The notes under the pieces: model-generated | Database searches by the model: none | What the model was told of the DNA's origin: nothing | The model's input: the letters and a program-made list of their open reading frames with translations, nothing else | Source of the DNA: an uncultured Acidobacteriota bacterium | GTDB lineage: Bacteria > Acidobacteriota > UBA6911 | Assembly: GCA_963809485.1 (NCBI GenBank) | Contig: CAWEJX010000008.1 | Coordinates: 288,001 to 352,000, forward strand | Reading direction: 5' to 3' | Length of the DNA: 64,000 bases | Shown: positions 37,348 to 47,527 of the stretch, piece after piece | How positions within the stretch are numbered: position 1 is the stretch's first letter | How the letters are laid out: every line of letters starts with the position of its first letter | Program-made: the position numbers and the translations under genes

Positions 37348-38535
37348 TCAGGATTCGCCCTGCGTTTCGTCCGCCAAACCGCTTTCTCCCACCTTCTGCG
37401 GAGGCAGGTTTGTGAGCTTTTCATCCGATTCGCTGTAACGCTCGAGCATGAAGCCGTCATCCGCATGCCAGCTGATCCAGACATCCTCATGCCAGCGTAT
37501 TGGAGTTTCATCCAGAAGGAAACGGCTGTGCTGACGAAAAACCGCCAGCCTGTAATCCTGGATCCGCACCCAGTATTTGGTGTGCGTCCCCAGATAAATG
37601 ACATCTTCCACGTGCGCCCGCATTTTATTGTGGCGGCCATCCACAGCCGGCTCCTCGCGGGAGATGTTGAATTTTTCCGGCCGGATGCTCAAATAGACAG
37701 GATTGCCTTTGCCGATCTGCTTGTCGTTGAAACAGAGTACGTCAGGGAAGCCCTCAATTTTAAGACGGCTGTAATCACTTTCCGGCATGTCGGCCACTTC
37801 CCCCTCGAAGAAATTGGTGTCCCCGATGAAGGCCGCCACAAAGCTGCTCCGGGGGGCCTCATAGATTTCCGCCGGCATGCCCACCTGCTCGATCCGGCCC
37901 TGGTTCATGACGGCGATGCGATCGCTCAGGCTCATGGCTTCCCCCTGGTCATGCGTCACATAGAGGAACGTAATGCCAACCTGGTCGTGGATCAGGTCCA
38001 GTTCGATCAGCATGCGTTGCCTGAGCTTCAAGTCCAGCGCCGCGAGAGGCTCGTCCAGCAGAAGCACCTGCGGGCGGTTGATCAGCGCCCGGGCAACCGC
38101 CACTCGTTGCTTCTGCCCTCCGCTGATCTGTTCAGGGCGCTTGTGGGCCTGGTCCTCCATCTGTATGAGATGAAGCATGCGGCCCACTTCCTCTTCCATT
38201 TCTCTTTTGGGGATCTTGGAAATCCGCAGGCCGAAGGCGATATTTTCCCAAACCGTAAGATGAGGGAAGAGGGCGTAATTCTGGAAGATGGTGTTGACTT
38301 TGCGCTTGTGAGGAGGCAAGGACGTAATGTCCTCGCCGTCCAGCAGAACCCTGCCGCTGTCGGGCTGTTCGAAACCTGCCAGGATGCGAAGCAAAGTCGT
38401 TTTGCCGCAGCCGCTGGGGCCTAAAAGAGAAAAGAATTCTCCTTTTCGAATGGAGAGCGAGACATTGTCCGCAGCCCGCGTTGACCCGAAACGCTTGGAG
38501 AGGTTTTCAAAAACAAGGAAATCCGCCACCTCCAT
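37348..38535 (-). CDS. potA: Spermidine/putrescine ABC transporter ATP-binding protein
   Basis: GPSGCGKT, FQNYALFPHL, SGGQKQR, LLLDEP, C-terminal TOBE domain. Confidence 0.95.
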   Translation of the reverse strand: MEVADFLVFENLSKRFGSTRAADNVSLSIRKGEFFSLLGPSGCGKTTLLRILAGFEQPDSGRVLLDGEDITSLPPHKRKVNTIFQNYALFPHLTVWENIAFGLRISKIPKREMEEEVGRMLHLIQMEDQAHKRPEQISGGQKQRVAVARALINRPQVLLLDEPLAALDLKLRQRMLIELDLIHDQVGITFLYVTHDQGEAMSLSDRIAVMNQGRIEQVGMPAEIYEAPRSSFVAAFIGDTNFFEGEVADMPESDYSRLKIEGFPDVLCFNDKQIGKGNPVYLSIRPEKFNISREEPAVDGRHNKMRAHVEDVIYLGTHTKYWVRIQDYRLAVFRQHSRFLLDETPIRWHEDVWISWHADDGFMLERYSESDEKLTNLPPQKVGESGLADETQGES

Positions 38536-38601
38536 CCTCCCCTTCAGAGGTGAAATCTGTAAAAACGCCGCTGCATGCTCCTGCAGCCTCCGGATATCGG
38601 C

Positions 38602-39333
38602 TTATTCCAAACTGAAAGTGAGGGTCGCTCCGCCATATAAGGTATCTCCATGCGGACTCACACTTGCACTGATGATGGCCTGCCGCGCATTCCGGCTCAG
38701 TGAGGTTGAATAGCCGAGCAGCGGTTCCAGGGAAAAACGCTTTCCCAGAGGGATTGTCAAGGATGTCTGGAAATCCGCATTGTAGAAATTGGAGAATTCC
38801 CTTCCCTCATCGTTCAGCCCCATATAAGAGTTTTTCAGCACGTATCCTGCGAAGGCTCTGATGTTCAGAGAAATATCCTTGCCCAGCGGGATTGAGGGCT
38901 CCAGACCTGCTTGAAGATAGGCCCCTTTGCCGGCGTTGACGTCAAAAAATGCCTTGAACGACGGGTTGAGGACATTGGAATGCCCTACGCTGCCATAGAT
39001 CTCGTCGCTGTCCAGATCCTCCAGCACTGCATAGTGGATAAATCCGATCTCATAATTGATGTTCCCGTTTTCACCTGAATAGGCGCCGGTGAAATCAACT
39101 TCAGTCCAGCGGTTGGGATCAAACTGGTAATTGGCCCAAAGGTTGGCGGAAAAACCTTTGCCGCCAACCGTCAGGGAGGGCTGGAAGACTCCATCTTCGC
39201 TCAGGTGAATTCCGCGCCACATATAGTGCGAGAAAACCGATCCCGAAGCTTCGTACTCCAAATCGCCTGCCGTCAGGGCATGTGGAATCCATAGGAGAAC
39301 CAGGAGGAGTAAAAAAAGCGCTTGGCCTTTCAT
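38602..39333 (-). CDS. Outer membrane beta-barrel protein (TIGR02001/TorF-like)
   Basis: Signal peptide, S.YMWRG..LS...VFQPS, EVD.T..Y, alternating beta-strand C-terminus. Confidence 0.7.
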   Translation of the reverse strand: MKGQALFLLLLVLLWIPHALTAGDLEYEASGSVFSHYMWRGIHLSEDGVFQPSLTVGGKGFSANLWANYQFDPNRWTEVDFTGAYSGENGNINYEIGFIHYAVLEDLDSDEIYGSVGHSNVLNPSFKAFFDVNAGKGAYLQAGLEPSIPLGKDISLNIRAFAGYVLKNSYMGLNDEGREFSNFYNADFQTSLTIPLGKRFSLEPLLGYSTSLSRNARQAIISASVSPHGDTLYGGATLTFSLE

Positions 39334-39395
39334 ATCTGAACCTCAATGTGTATGGAAAGGAAAGCGAAAGGAGCCCAACCCTTTCAGAAGGCCGG

Positions 39396-39424
39396 AGTCT
39401 ATGAGGTATACCCAGGGATGTCAA
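39396..39424 (-). promoter_or_regulatory. Sigma70-type promoter for the porin-potABCD operon
   Basis: Minus strand TTGACA-N17-TAGACT, ~60 bp upstream of the ATG. Confidence 0.6.
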
Positions 39425-39466
39425 GCCGCTTTTGCCGGCTTGAAAAAGCCACATTCCCATAGTTCT

Positions 39467-39666
39467 ATTGGTAAACCCCCGGCTCTGCCGGGGGACTCAT
39501 AGAGTTTGACAGCTCCGTATTTTGAAACGCTGAGATACGCTGACAAAAGCACTGACAAACGCCGATTTGTTCGGCGAGGGTCGGCGAGCAAGACCAGCGT
39601 ACCTCCTCCAACCGCTTTGAGCGGTTCCAATCTTTCAAGCCTCCGGCTTTGCCGGAGGTGCCTGAC
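39467..39666 (+). mobile_element. Non-autonomous IS200/IS605-type element, internally deleted 200 bp copy
   Basis: Both terminal hairpins present (cccccggctctgccggggg; cctccggctttgccggagg...tgac); central palindrome missing. Confidence 0.85.
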
Positions 39667-39738
39667 ATTCTTTGCGCACTTTCAGCGTAGATCAGCGCAG
39701 TCAAACACCGGTGCAGCATGACTGCATGATTTCCCCCG

Positions 39739-41587
39739 CTAATTCGTTGCGCGCTTTTTCTTCCGCACAAATATTACGGACATTTTGCATTCTTCACAGT
39801 CGAATTTCAGCAGATATTCATGATGCCCGTCGCTGATCCGCAACGGCTCCTTGAAGCCGGCGCGTTGACCGGCCGGACTTAAGGCAGGCGTCCAGCTCAT
39901 GGCGGAGACAGTACCTGGTTCTCATGACCTCTTTCCCTGCTCATTTCCGAAAGGATCTCAAAGGCGGGTTCCAAAACCTCGGCACCGTGGCGGTGATAAA
40001 ATTGCCGGGCATGCTCATTAAGCACATTGGCACGATAATCCAGCTGTTTTTCAGGATAGGGAATGCTGTTGGGCGTGAACGCCGCCGTTTCACGCGGATA
40101 CTTTTCAATCCTGATCCTTGACAAGTTCCGCCAGGACATCCCGTTTGATTCTGTTTAAAAAGCTTATAGGTAAAAATCCGTCGCGGCCGGCAGATATTTA
40201 TCTTTGTTGCCTTAAACGGAGTGTTGCCCGTGCTGGAAAGGTGTTTTTCAATCTGTTCCCGCGCCGCGGACGGATCCCTGGCTTCCTCATAAGGGATATC
40301 AACTACCAATTCCGAGCTATTACCGTCTTCGTCTCTCGCCGAAAGACGAACCGTATCTCCGTCGTGCCGGAAATCCATCTCCACAGCGGACCTGTCTTCG
40401 ACTGGAGATCCTATTCAGTAGGCGGGTCAGCGCGATGTCGTGGTTGCGATACAAGGAGGAGGCCCACGCCAAGATCCTTCATGGTATTGGGAAATACCTT
40501 TGAGTTCTCGACACGCTCAACGCGGAATCCCGAAAGCTCACTCTCCTTGGTGAAGAAGCAGAGCCCATCTCCGTTTTCAAGGTCTGTGCAATCCGTTCTG
40601 AAGAATCCCTTCCCCAGGCTGGTAACGGTCCCAACAGGTTGGCCGATGGACTTCGGGGTATCCATGGAAGCAATCTTCTCTCTCCGGCCGGAGATGAAGT
40701 ATCCCGTGTAATCCCCGGTTAAATGTCTTCGCCGGATCCGGCAAAAATGTCGGTTCGCTCCTGCCGGAACTGCGGCGGCGATAATCCGGATGAGTGCGTA
40801 TGAAGTCATCCAGCGTCCGGCTATAGGCAGCCGTGACATTTTTCACATAATCGATCTCTTTGTATCTTCCTTCAATCTTGAAAGATGTGATTCCGGCGGC
40901 AATCAGATCCGGGATGTCGTTCATCAGGTTCAGATCCTTCAGGGAGAGCAGGAACTTGTCGGAAAGAATCGTGTTGCCGTCACCGTCCGTAAGCGTGTAC
41001 CGCGACCGGCAGGGCTGGGCGCAGACACCGCGGTTTCCGCTGCGCCCTGTGACAGCCTGGCTCATGTAGCATTGCCCGCTGTAGGAGACGCACAGCGCGC
41101 CGTGAACAAAGCATTCCAGTTCAATGCGGGTCCCTTGACGGATGGCGGCAATCTCTTCAAGGGAAAGCTCCCTTGCCAGGATGACCCGTTTGAAACCCAC
41201 GTCCTCGAGGAAGCGGATCTTTTCCGGCGTATCGTTGTGCATCTGAGTGCTGGCGATGAGGGGAATGGGGGGAAGATCCATTTCCAGGAGGCCCGGATCC
41301 TGAATAATCAGTCCGTCCGCGCCCAAATCATGGATTTCCCGGATGACATCCAGAGCTTCAGGAATTTCCTCGTCGGTGAGGATGGTATTGAGAGCGACAT
41401 AGACCCTGGCATAGTAGAGATGCGCATGCCGTATCAATCGGGCGATCTCCTCCGTCTCCACACCTGCATCGGCCCTGGCGCTGAATCGCGGGGCTCCGAC
41501 ATATACGGCGTCCGCTCCGTGATCGATGGCGGCAATGCCGATATCCGCGTTGCCCGCTGGCGCTAAAAGCTCAAGATTTATTTTCAT
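39739..41587 (-). CDS. U32 family peptidase-like protein (RlhA-like with long C-terminal extension), several frameshifts
   Basis: ELLAPAG, GADAVY.G, ASTQ, LARELS, VHGALCVSYSGQC, SGNRG.CAQPCR, FKIEGR; C-terminus ...LKFDCEECKM ends at 39739. Confidence 0.85.
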
Positions 41588-41963
41588 ATGTCCTAACTTG
41601 CCGATGGATCCGCCATTAAAATTCGTTTCCCGTTTCCGGTTTCCCGTTTAAAAAAGTGTCTCATTGGGGAAAATGTACAATAAAGCAGATACTCTTTCCG
41701 GATTTTTTTGGCTTATGTTCTCAGGGGGTATTGCACAGAAAGCGCAAATCTCGGGTCTGTATCAAACAATTGCGATTGATTGAGGCAAAAGGCTGGGCGG
41801 CGAAATCCACACCTTTGGCTCAGTCGCCCATACCCCAGTCAGGATGGGGATCTTCTTTGACGTGGCGCCTGAAATGGCAACGGCAAGTGGCCTATAGCGA
41901 AGCTCGTCAGAACCGAGTAAGACCTGCTTTGGAACAGGGCACATCCGTCAGTTCCGGCAGCGA

Positions 41964-42143
41964 GTCAGGCACCTCCGGCAAAGCCGGAGGCTTGTAAGAT
42001 TGGAACCGCTCAAATCGGTTGGAGCAGTTACGCTGGTCTTGAACACTGACTTACGCGAGCAAAAGCCTCATCGGCTTTTGCTCGCCGACCCTCGCCGAAC
42101 AAATCAGCGTTCGTCGGCGCTTCCTTCAGCGTGTGTCGGCGTT
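41964..42143 (-). mobile_element. Non-autonomous IS200/IS605-type element, partial copy with collapsed palindrome
   Basis: gtcaggcacctccggcaaagccggagg end; gcaaaagcctcatcggcttttgc junction. Confidence 0.8.
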
Positions 42144-42181
42144 ATTTGATCCTGGAGCAGACAGGCACCCCGGATTTTTCA

Positions 42182-43504
42182 TCAAATTCCCGAAACAACC
42201 ACGTCTCTGAAAACCAGGCTCGGGACTCTCGAAGCAGAATACGGATACGGATCATCGGCCGCCTCGATGAAGCGCGTCCAGAGCTTCAGGTGATTGTCGG
42301 CAATATTCATTTCCGCCACCGCCTGGACCGGGATGCCATTCTCGAACAGCTGTCCCACAATCCCCACCGACATGTCCCCTGTGGTCGAGTTCGAATTGCC
42401 CCCAATGAATCCCGTAATCAGGATGCCGCGGCCAAGATCTTTCATGATTTCCGAGACGGAGCGTTTCCCCGGCGGAACGATAAGATTGGATGAACCTCCG
42501 GTGGTTGGCTCCCAACCCAACTTACGGCTGTAATACCAGTCGACATAAAATTCCTTTAAAACCCCTGCATCAATCATGACCCTCTTTCTGGCGGCAAAAC
42601 CATCCCCATCGAAAGGTTTGCTTGCCAACCCTCTTTTAAGCAGGGGATCGTCCATCAGGGTCAGGAGGTCGCTCGCGATCTTCTGGCCCTTTTTTTCCGC
42701 AAGGAAAGACTGCTTCTGCTGGATGGCCCGGCCGGACATGGCGTCGATCAATCCACCTCCAATGCGTTCGACGACCCGGTTTTCAATGATGATCGGAAGC
42801 GTCTCGGTCTTTACTTTTTTCCCGCCGAGAAGGGCTAGAGTTCTGCGGGCGGCTTCCTCGCCAATTGCCTCCGGTTTTACCATGTCTTTCCGGTGCAGAG
42901 CCACTGCCGTGCCATATTCCGCAGGCCGTCGATCTCCCTGGTCTTTGGCCGTCATGGAAGCGCTGCCGACGAAATAGGTGGCTTCGGAATATCCGTCAAA
43001 GCCGTTGCTGGCCATGAGCAGCGATTCGTTGTGGCCGTCGGTAGTTTCGGCTGTGACCGATATCACCTTATCTCCGCCTTTGGCCAGGCAGGAATCCTCG
43101 ATCGCCTTGACGAACGCGTGCCGGGACTCCGGGTTCCAGGCGCCGTACTCGGGATCGACCATCTCGAGATCCAGATTCTGGCGGCCCTGATAATATTTCG
43201 GATCAGGAAGGGTCCGGAATGGATCTTCGGCCAGGAGCCTGGTTTGAGCCACGGCACGGCGGATGAACTCCTTCAGCGCCGGCTTCCTCAAATCCGACGT
43301 GGACATGCTTGAATAGCGGCCGCTGACGAATACCTCCAAAGACAGTGATTTCGTCGACGCCTCCTTGATGTTCTCCGGTTTGCGCTCCCGGTAGCCGATC
43401 TCGACAGTGCGCGCCGAGTTGATGTTAATCCGGCAGCCGGCTGCGCCGGCGCCCTTTGCCGTGTCAATTCCCCATGCAGCAAGATCATAAAGCTCTTTTT
43501 TCAT
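42182..43504 (-). CDS. pmbA: TldE/PmbA family protein
   Basis: FDGDG, G..K.F..D.Y..RKLG, TTGDMS.G, EMNIA.N, PSL; no HExxGH. Confidence 0.9.
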   Translation of the reverse strand: MKKELYDLAAWGIDTAKGAGAAGCRININSARTVEIGYRERKPENIKEASTKSLSLEVFVSGRYSSMSTSDLRKPALKEFIRRAVAQTRLLAEDPFRTLPDPKYYQGRQNLDLEMVDPEYGAWNPESRHAFVKAIEDSCLAKGGDKVISVTAETTDGHNESLLMASNGFDGYSEATYFVGSASMTAKDQGDRRPAEYGTAVALHRKDMVKPEAIGEEAARRTLALLGGKKVKTETLPIIIENRVVERIGGGLIDAMSGRAIQQKQSFLAEKKGQKIASDLLTLMDDPLLKRGLASKPFDGDGFAARKRVMIDAGVLKEFYVDWYYSRKLGWEPTTGGSSNLIVPPGKRSVSEIMKDLGRGILITGFIGGNSNSTTGDMSVGIVGQLFENGIPVQAVAEMNIADNHLKLWTRFIEAADDPYPYSASRVPSLVFRDVVVSGI

Positions 43505-43520
43505 ACTCCGTCTCCTTCTC

Positions 43521-45053
43521 TCAGCTCCGGGTTCCGCCCACAGTTAATGATTTGACCAGAACGGTAGGCTGGCCGAATCCAACAGGCGCGGTCTGGCCGT
43601 TCTTGCCGCATGAGCCTCCCCCACCCTGATAGAATTGGAAGTCGTTTGCGAGCATGATCATGTTCGCCAGCATCTTGGGCCCATTTCCCATGATGTTCAC
43701 ATCCTTGATCGGAGCCCCCAGCTTGCCACCCTCGATCATTCTCCCCTGAGAAACGAAAAAGGCGAAGTCGCCCTCGCCGATCTTGACCTGCCCATTGCTG
43801 ACATCCTGGACATAGATGCCGTTTCCTGCAGCCTTAATGACGTCTTCCGGGGTCGCGGGCCCTGCCGGCATGTATGTGTTCCTCATGCGCGGCATCGGAT
43901 AATTCTGGTAGTCCTGACGGCGGCCGTTTCCCGTGGGCTGGACTCCATAGAATTTGGCGGAAATTCTGTCATGGAGATAGCTGGTTAAAATACCGTTTTC
44001 GACAAGAACCGTCTTCTGCCCGGGTATGCCCTCATCGTCGACGTTGATCGAGCCGGTCAAATTGGGATTGGTTCCGTCGTCGATGATCGTTACAAACGGT
44101 TCGGCGACTTTCTTACCCACCATCGTGCTGTAGGTCGAAATTTTCTTTCGGTTGAAGTCCGCTTCCATGCCGTGCCCGATTGCCTCGTGCAGGAGGATTC
44201 CGGTAAGGCCGGGGCCCAGCACGACGGGCATCTCGCCAGCCGGCGGCTGAACGGCATCAAACAAGGTAAGGGTGCGGTTGACGGCAATCCGGGCGGTATC
44301 TTCAACAATAGCCGGGGTGAAATAGTCGAAATTCTTTCGCCCGCCGTAATTCCAGCCGGATCGTTCACGGCGGCCATTCTTCTCGGCTACAACGTTTGCA
44401 TTCAAAAAGATCCTTGGCTGCAGGTCCTCCGCCTTCGTGCCGTCGCTGGTAACTACCATGATGCGCTTCTGCTGATCCAGGTAAGCAGCGTTGACTTTAA
44501 TGACAAGCGGAGAAAGATCAAAACATCGGTCGTTAACGGATTGCACAATGTTGAGTTTCGGTTCGAGCGGGATATCACTGAACAGTGTTTTTAAAGGATA
44601 ATGATCCTCTATTTTGAGCCGCGTAAAACTCTGGGGCGCAATTTTTGTTGCGCCTGCGGCAATCGTTGCCGCAGTGTCCGCTGCCGCCGCCATGGATTTT
44701 TCTTCCAGCTCCTGCGTGAAACCATAGCCGACCTGGTCGCCTTTGATGGTGCGGATCCCAATGCCCAAAGCCACGTTGCTGAAGGCCTGGTTGACCTTGC
44801 CGTCCTCGAGGATCAGATAATTGCTGATCGTGTGCTCGAAATACAGGTCTGCGTAATCGCCCCCCTTGGCCAAAGCTTTGGCAAGAACCCTGCGGCAGAC
44901 TGCGTCCGTTACGGCAAACTCGCGCTCGAAATAGCCCGAGGCTTCCGCTCCGGCCAGAGCGAACCAGGTGTTGTTGAAAACAGGAGCCGCAATTGAGATA
45001 GTGGCAGTCGCTGCCCCTGCCTTCAGGAAAGATCGCCGGTTAATGATTTTCAT
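43521..45053 (-). CDS. tldD: TldD family metalloprotease with a Tat signal
   Basis: HEAIGHGMEAD, DDEG, TGNGRR, PRMRNT, CGK.GQ; N-terminal NRRSFLK. Confidence 0.92.
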   Translation of the reverse strand: MKIINRRSFLKAGAATATISIAAPVFNNTWFALAGAEASGYFEREFAVTDAVCRRVLAKALAKGGDYADLYFEHTISNYLILEDGKVNQAFSNVALGIGIRTIKGDQVGYGFTQELEEKSMAAAADTAATIAAGATKIAPQSFTRLKIEDHYPLKTLFSDIPLEPKLNIVQSVNDRCFDLSPLVIKVNAAYLDQQKRIMVVTSDGTKAEDLQPRIFLNANVVAEKNGRRERSGWNYGGRKNFDYFTPAIVEDTARIAVNRTLTLFDAVQPPAGEMPVVLGPGLTGILLHEAIGHGMEADFNRKKISTYSTMVGKKVAEPFVTIIDDGTNPNLTGSINVDDEGIPGQKTVLVENGILTSYLHDRISAKFYGVQPTGNGRRQDYQNYPMPRMRNTYMPAGPATPEDVIKAAGNGIYVQDVSNGQVKIGEGDFAFFVSQGRMIEGGKLGAPIKDVNIMGNGPKMLANMIMLANDFQFYQGGGGSCGKNGQTAPVGFGQPTVLVKSLTVGGTRS

Positions 45054-45359
45054 GAATCCCTCCCAAGATTCGATAGAAATAGGCTTCGGCATATATAAGT
45101 CCAGGCGGAAAAAATATACATTTCTTTAGCGCTATATACGCAAGACAAACGAAAAACGTTCACCGAAAGATCAATAAAAACGCTGACATACGCCGACAAG
45201 AGCGCTGATGAACGCTGACCCCAAGTACAACTGCAGCAAGCATCACCCCAGCGGGCGGATCCGTTACTGCCTTGCGCCATTGAACCTGTTGTGGCAGGAT
45301 GCTGCCCAACATAGAAACAATATTTATTTCTATCCCATAGTGGAATTTGGGGAACGCTT

Positions 45360-47243
45360 ATGCGATTGATGATGATCCACGCCGATCGGTTTTCCTATAA
45401 GGTGACCGACAAGACCAGCGTAGCCGGTTTTGCCGACGAGCTTTCTCCGGGCGAGGAGCAGGATCACGTTGAGGAAGTGCTCGTTGCCTTCCTTGCCGTG
45501 GAAAATGGGGACGAAGCCGGTGCGCAGGAAGCTGCCCGGAAGGCGGCCGGTCAAATCCGTGCCACGGCCGGGAAGGTGAATGCCACCCGCGTTATGGTTT
45601 ACCCCTATGCGCACCTCTCCAGCGATCTGGCAAAACCTCGAATTGCCACGCGCATCATTGACCAGGTCGTGGAGTTGCTGCGCGCGGGACCGGACCTGGA
45701 AATCCATCGGGCACCCTTCGGATATTACAAAGCCTTCGAAATCAGCTGCAAGGGACACCCGCTCTCCGAGCTGGCGATGACACTGGTTCCAGGCGATGGA
45801 GACGGCAAAGCGTCGCGGAAAGAAGACGCGGCGGAATCAAAAGCTCTGGCCGCTGAAAAAACCCTGCGCTCCGAGTGGCGCGTCTATCATCCGGACGGTT
45901 CCTTTGTTTCTGCGGACAGGTTTAATTTTGATGCACATCAGGGATTGAAAGACCTCTTTCTGTACGAGCGCGAAGGAACGCGCCAGGCCGAAGAAGCGCC
46001 GCCCCACATCAGGCTGATGCGAGAGCAGGAGCTCGTCGACTATGAACCGGCTTCCGATTCGGGCAACCTGCGCTGGTATCCCAAGGGTCTTCTCGTAAAG
46101 CGGCTCCTGGAACTGCACGTCACGCGCATGGCCGTGGACTATGGCGCCATGCAGGTTGAGACGCCCATCATGTACGATTATGGGCATCCTGCGCTTTCAA
46201 AATACCTGCACCGCTTCCCTGCCCGTCAATATGTGGTCAAAAGCGACGAAAAGGAGTTTTTCCTTCGCTTCGCAGCCTGCTTCGGCCAGTACATGATCCA
46301 GCACGATATGGTCACTTCATATCGCCATCTTCCCGTGCGCCTTTACGAGCTCACCCATTTCTCCTTCAGGCGCGAACAAAGCGGCGAAGTGGCCGGACTC
46401 CGGCGCCTGCGCGCCTTCACCATGCCCGATATGCATACGCTTGTCCGGGACATGAAGATGGCAAAGGAAGAGTTTGTGCGCCAGGTTTCGCTTTGCCTGC
46501 GTTGGCTGGACGACCTCGGCCTCGAATGCGTTCCGGCCATCCGCTTCGTGCGTTCATTCCTGGACGAGAATCCCGGGTTCGTAGAGGAATTGATGAGAAT
46601 CCTCGACCGTCCGGCTCTGGTTGAGGTCTGGGACCAGCGCTTTTTCTATTTCGTCGCCAAGTTTGAGATGAACTTTGTCGATATGGCCAAAAAGGCCGCA
46701 TGCCTCTCCACCGTGCAAATCGACGTGGAAAATTCCGAACGGTTCAATATCAATTACATAGAAGAGGATGGCACGAAGCATCACCCCCTGCTCATGCACG
46801 CATCCCTCTCGGGATCGGTGGACCGGAATCTGTTTGCCATTTTGGAAAACCAGGCGATGCGCATGGAGCAGGGCCAAAAAGCCTTTTACCCGATCTGGCT
46901 TGCGCCGATTCAGGTACGCCTGCTGCCGGTCTCGCAGGCGCATATTGAGGGAGCGCTGCGGCTGGCGGGCCGGATCCCCTACCGGGTCGACCTAGACGAT
47001 CGCGACCTGAAGGTTGGCAAGAAAATTCGTGAAATGGAAAAGGAGTGGATCCCCTACGGGCTGGTGATAGGCGAGAAGGAGCTTTCGGGCGGTACTCTTA
47101 CGGTACGCCCCCGGTTCGGAGAGCAACTGGAAATGACGCTCGACAGCTTCCTCGAGAGACTCGCCGCAGAGACGGCCGGAAAACCAGCGCTTCCGGCCAA
47201 CACTCCGCTCCTCCTGTCGCGGCGTCCGGTCTTTGTGGGATAG
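45360..47243 (+). CDS. thrS: Threonine--tRNA ligase, archaeal type
   Basis: Archaeal editing domain (IHAD, VYPYAHLSS, APFGYYKAF.ISCKGHPLSEL) and catalytic LRFAACFG, FRREQSGE, F.MPDMH, P.WLAP.QVR. Confidence 0.95.
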   Translation: MRLMMIHADRFSYKVTDKTSVAGFADELSPGEEQDHVEEVLVAFLAVENGDEAGAQEAARKAAGQIRATAGKVNATRVMVYPYAHLSSDLAKPRIATRIIDQVVELLRAGPDLEIHRAPFGYYKAFEISCKGHPLSELAMTLVPGDGDGKASRKEDAAESKALAAEKTLRSEWRVYHPDGSFVSADRFNFDAHQGLKDLFLYEREGTRQAEEAPPHIRLMREQELVDYEPASDSGNLRWYPKGLLVKRLLELHVTRMAVDYGAMQVETPIMYDYGHPALSKYLHRFPARQYVVKSDEKEFFLRFAACFGQYMIQHDMVTSYRHLPVRLYELTHFSFRREQSGEVAGLRRLRAFTMPDMHTLVRDMKMAKEEFVRQVSLCLRWLDDLGLECVPAIRFVRSFLDENPGFVEELMRILDRPALVEVWDQRFFYFVAKFEMNFVDMAKKAACLSTVQIDVENSERFNINYIEEDGTKHHPLLMHASLSGSVDRNLFAILENQAMRMEQGQKAFYPIWLAPIQVRLLPVSQAHIEGALRLAGRIPYRVDLDDRDLKVGKKIREMEKEWIPYGLVIGEKELSGGTLTVRPRFGEQLEMTLDSFLERLAAETAGKPALPANTPLLLSRRPVFVG

Positions 47244-47368
47244 GTGATCTACCGAATAGACGTTCGTCACGATCGGGCTTGATTCAGCCGTGCATTCTCC
47301 ATCCGCCCGGGATCTAACCTAACGGGAGATCCACCGCTTCTGCAGGTGTGAGTTTGAATTTTAAATGT

Positions 47369-47440
47369 AGAATATCGAATGTCGAACCGCAGAAGTAGGG
47401 CGCGACTTCGAAATTTATCATTCATTATTCGACATTCTGC
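47369..47440. repeat. Short inverted degenerate heptamer array (GAATATC/GAATGTC type)
   Basis: agaatatcgaatgtcgaaccgcagaagt ... acttcgaaatttatcattcattattcgacattct. Confidence 0.55.
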
Positions 47441-47527
47441 GCTTCAAAATCCTTACAGAAGTTTATTGCGCGTGAAACCGGTTATATGTTTTATCGGTTG
47501 CGATCAAGCCTCTTTGAGGGGCCGGCA

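Noticed and set aside
45100-45359. T-box leader upstream of thrS
   Set aside because: No T-box consensus or terminator; the region holds a PATE remnant and divergent promoter space.
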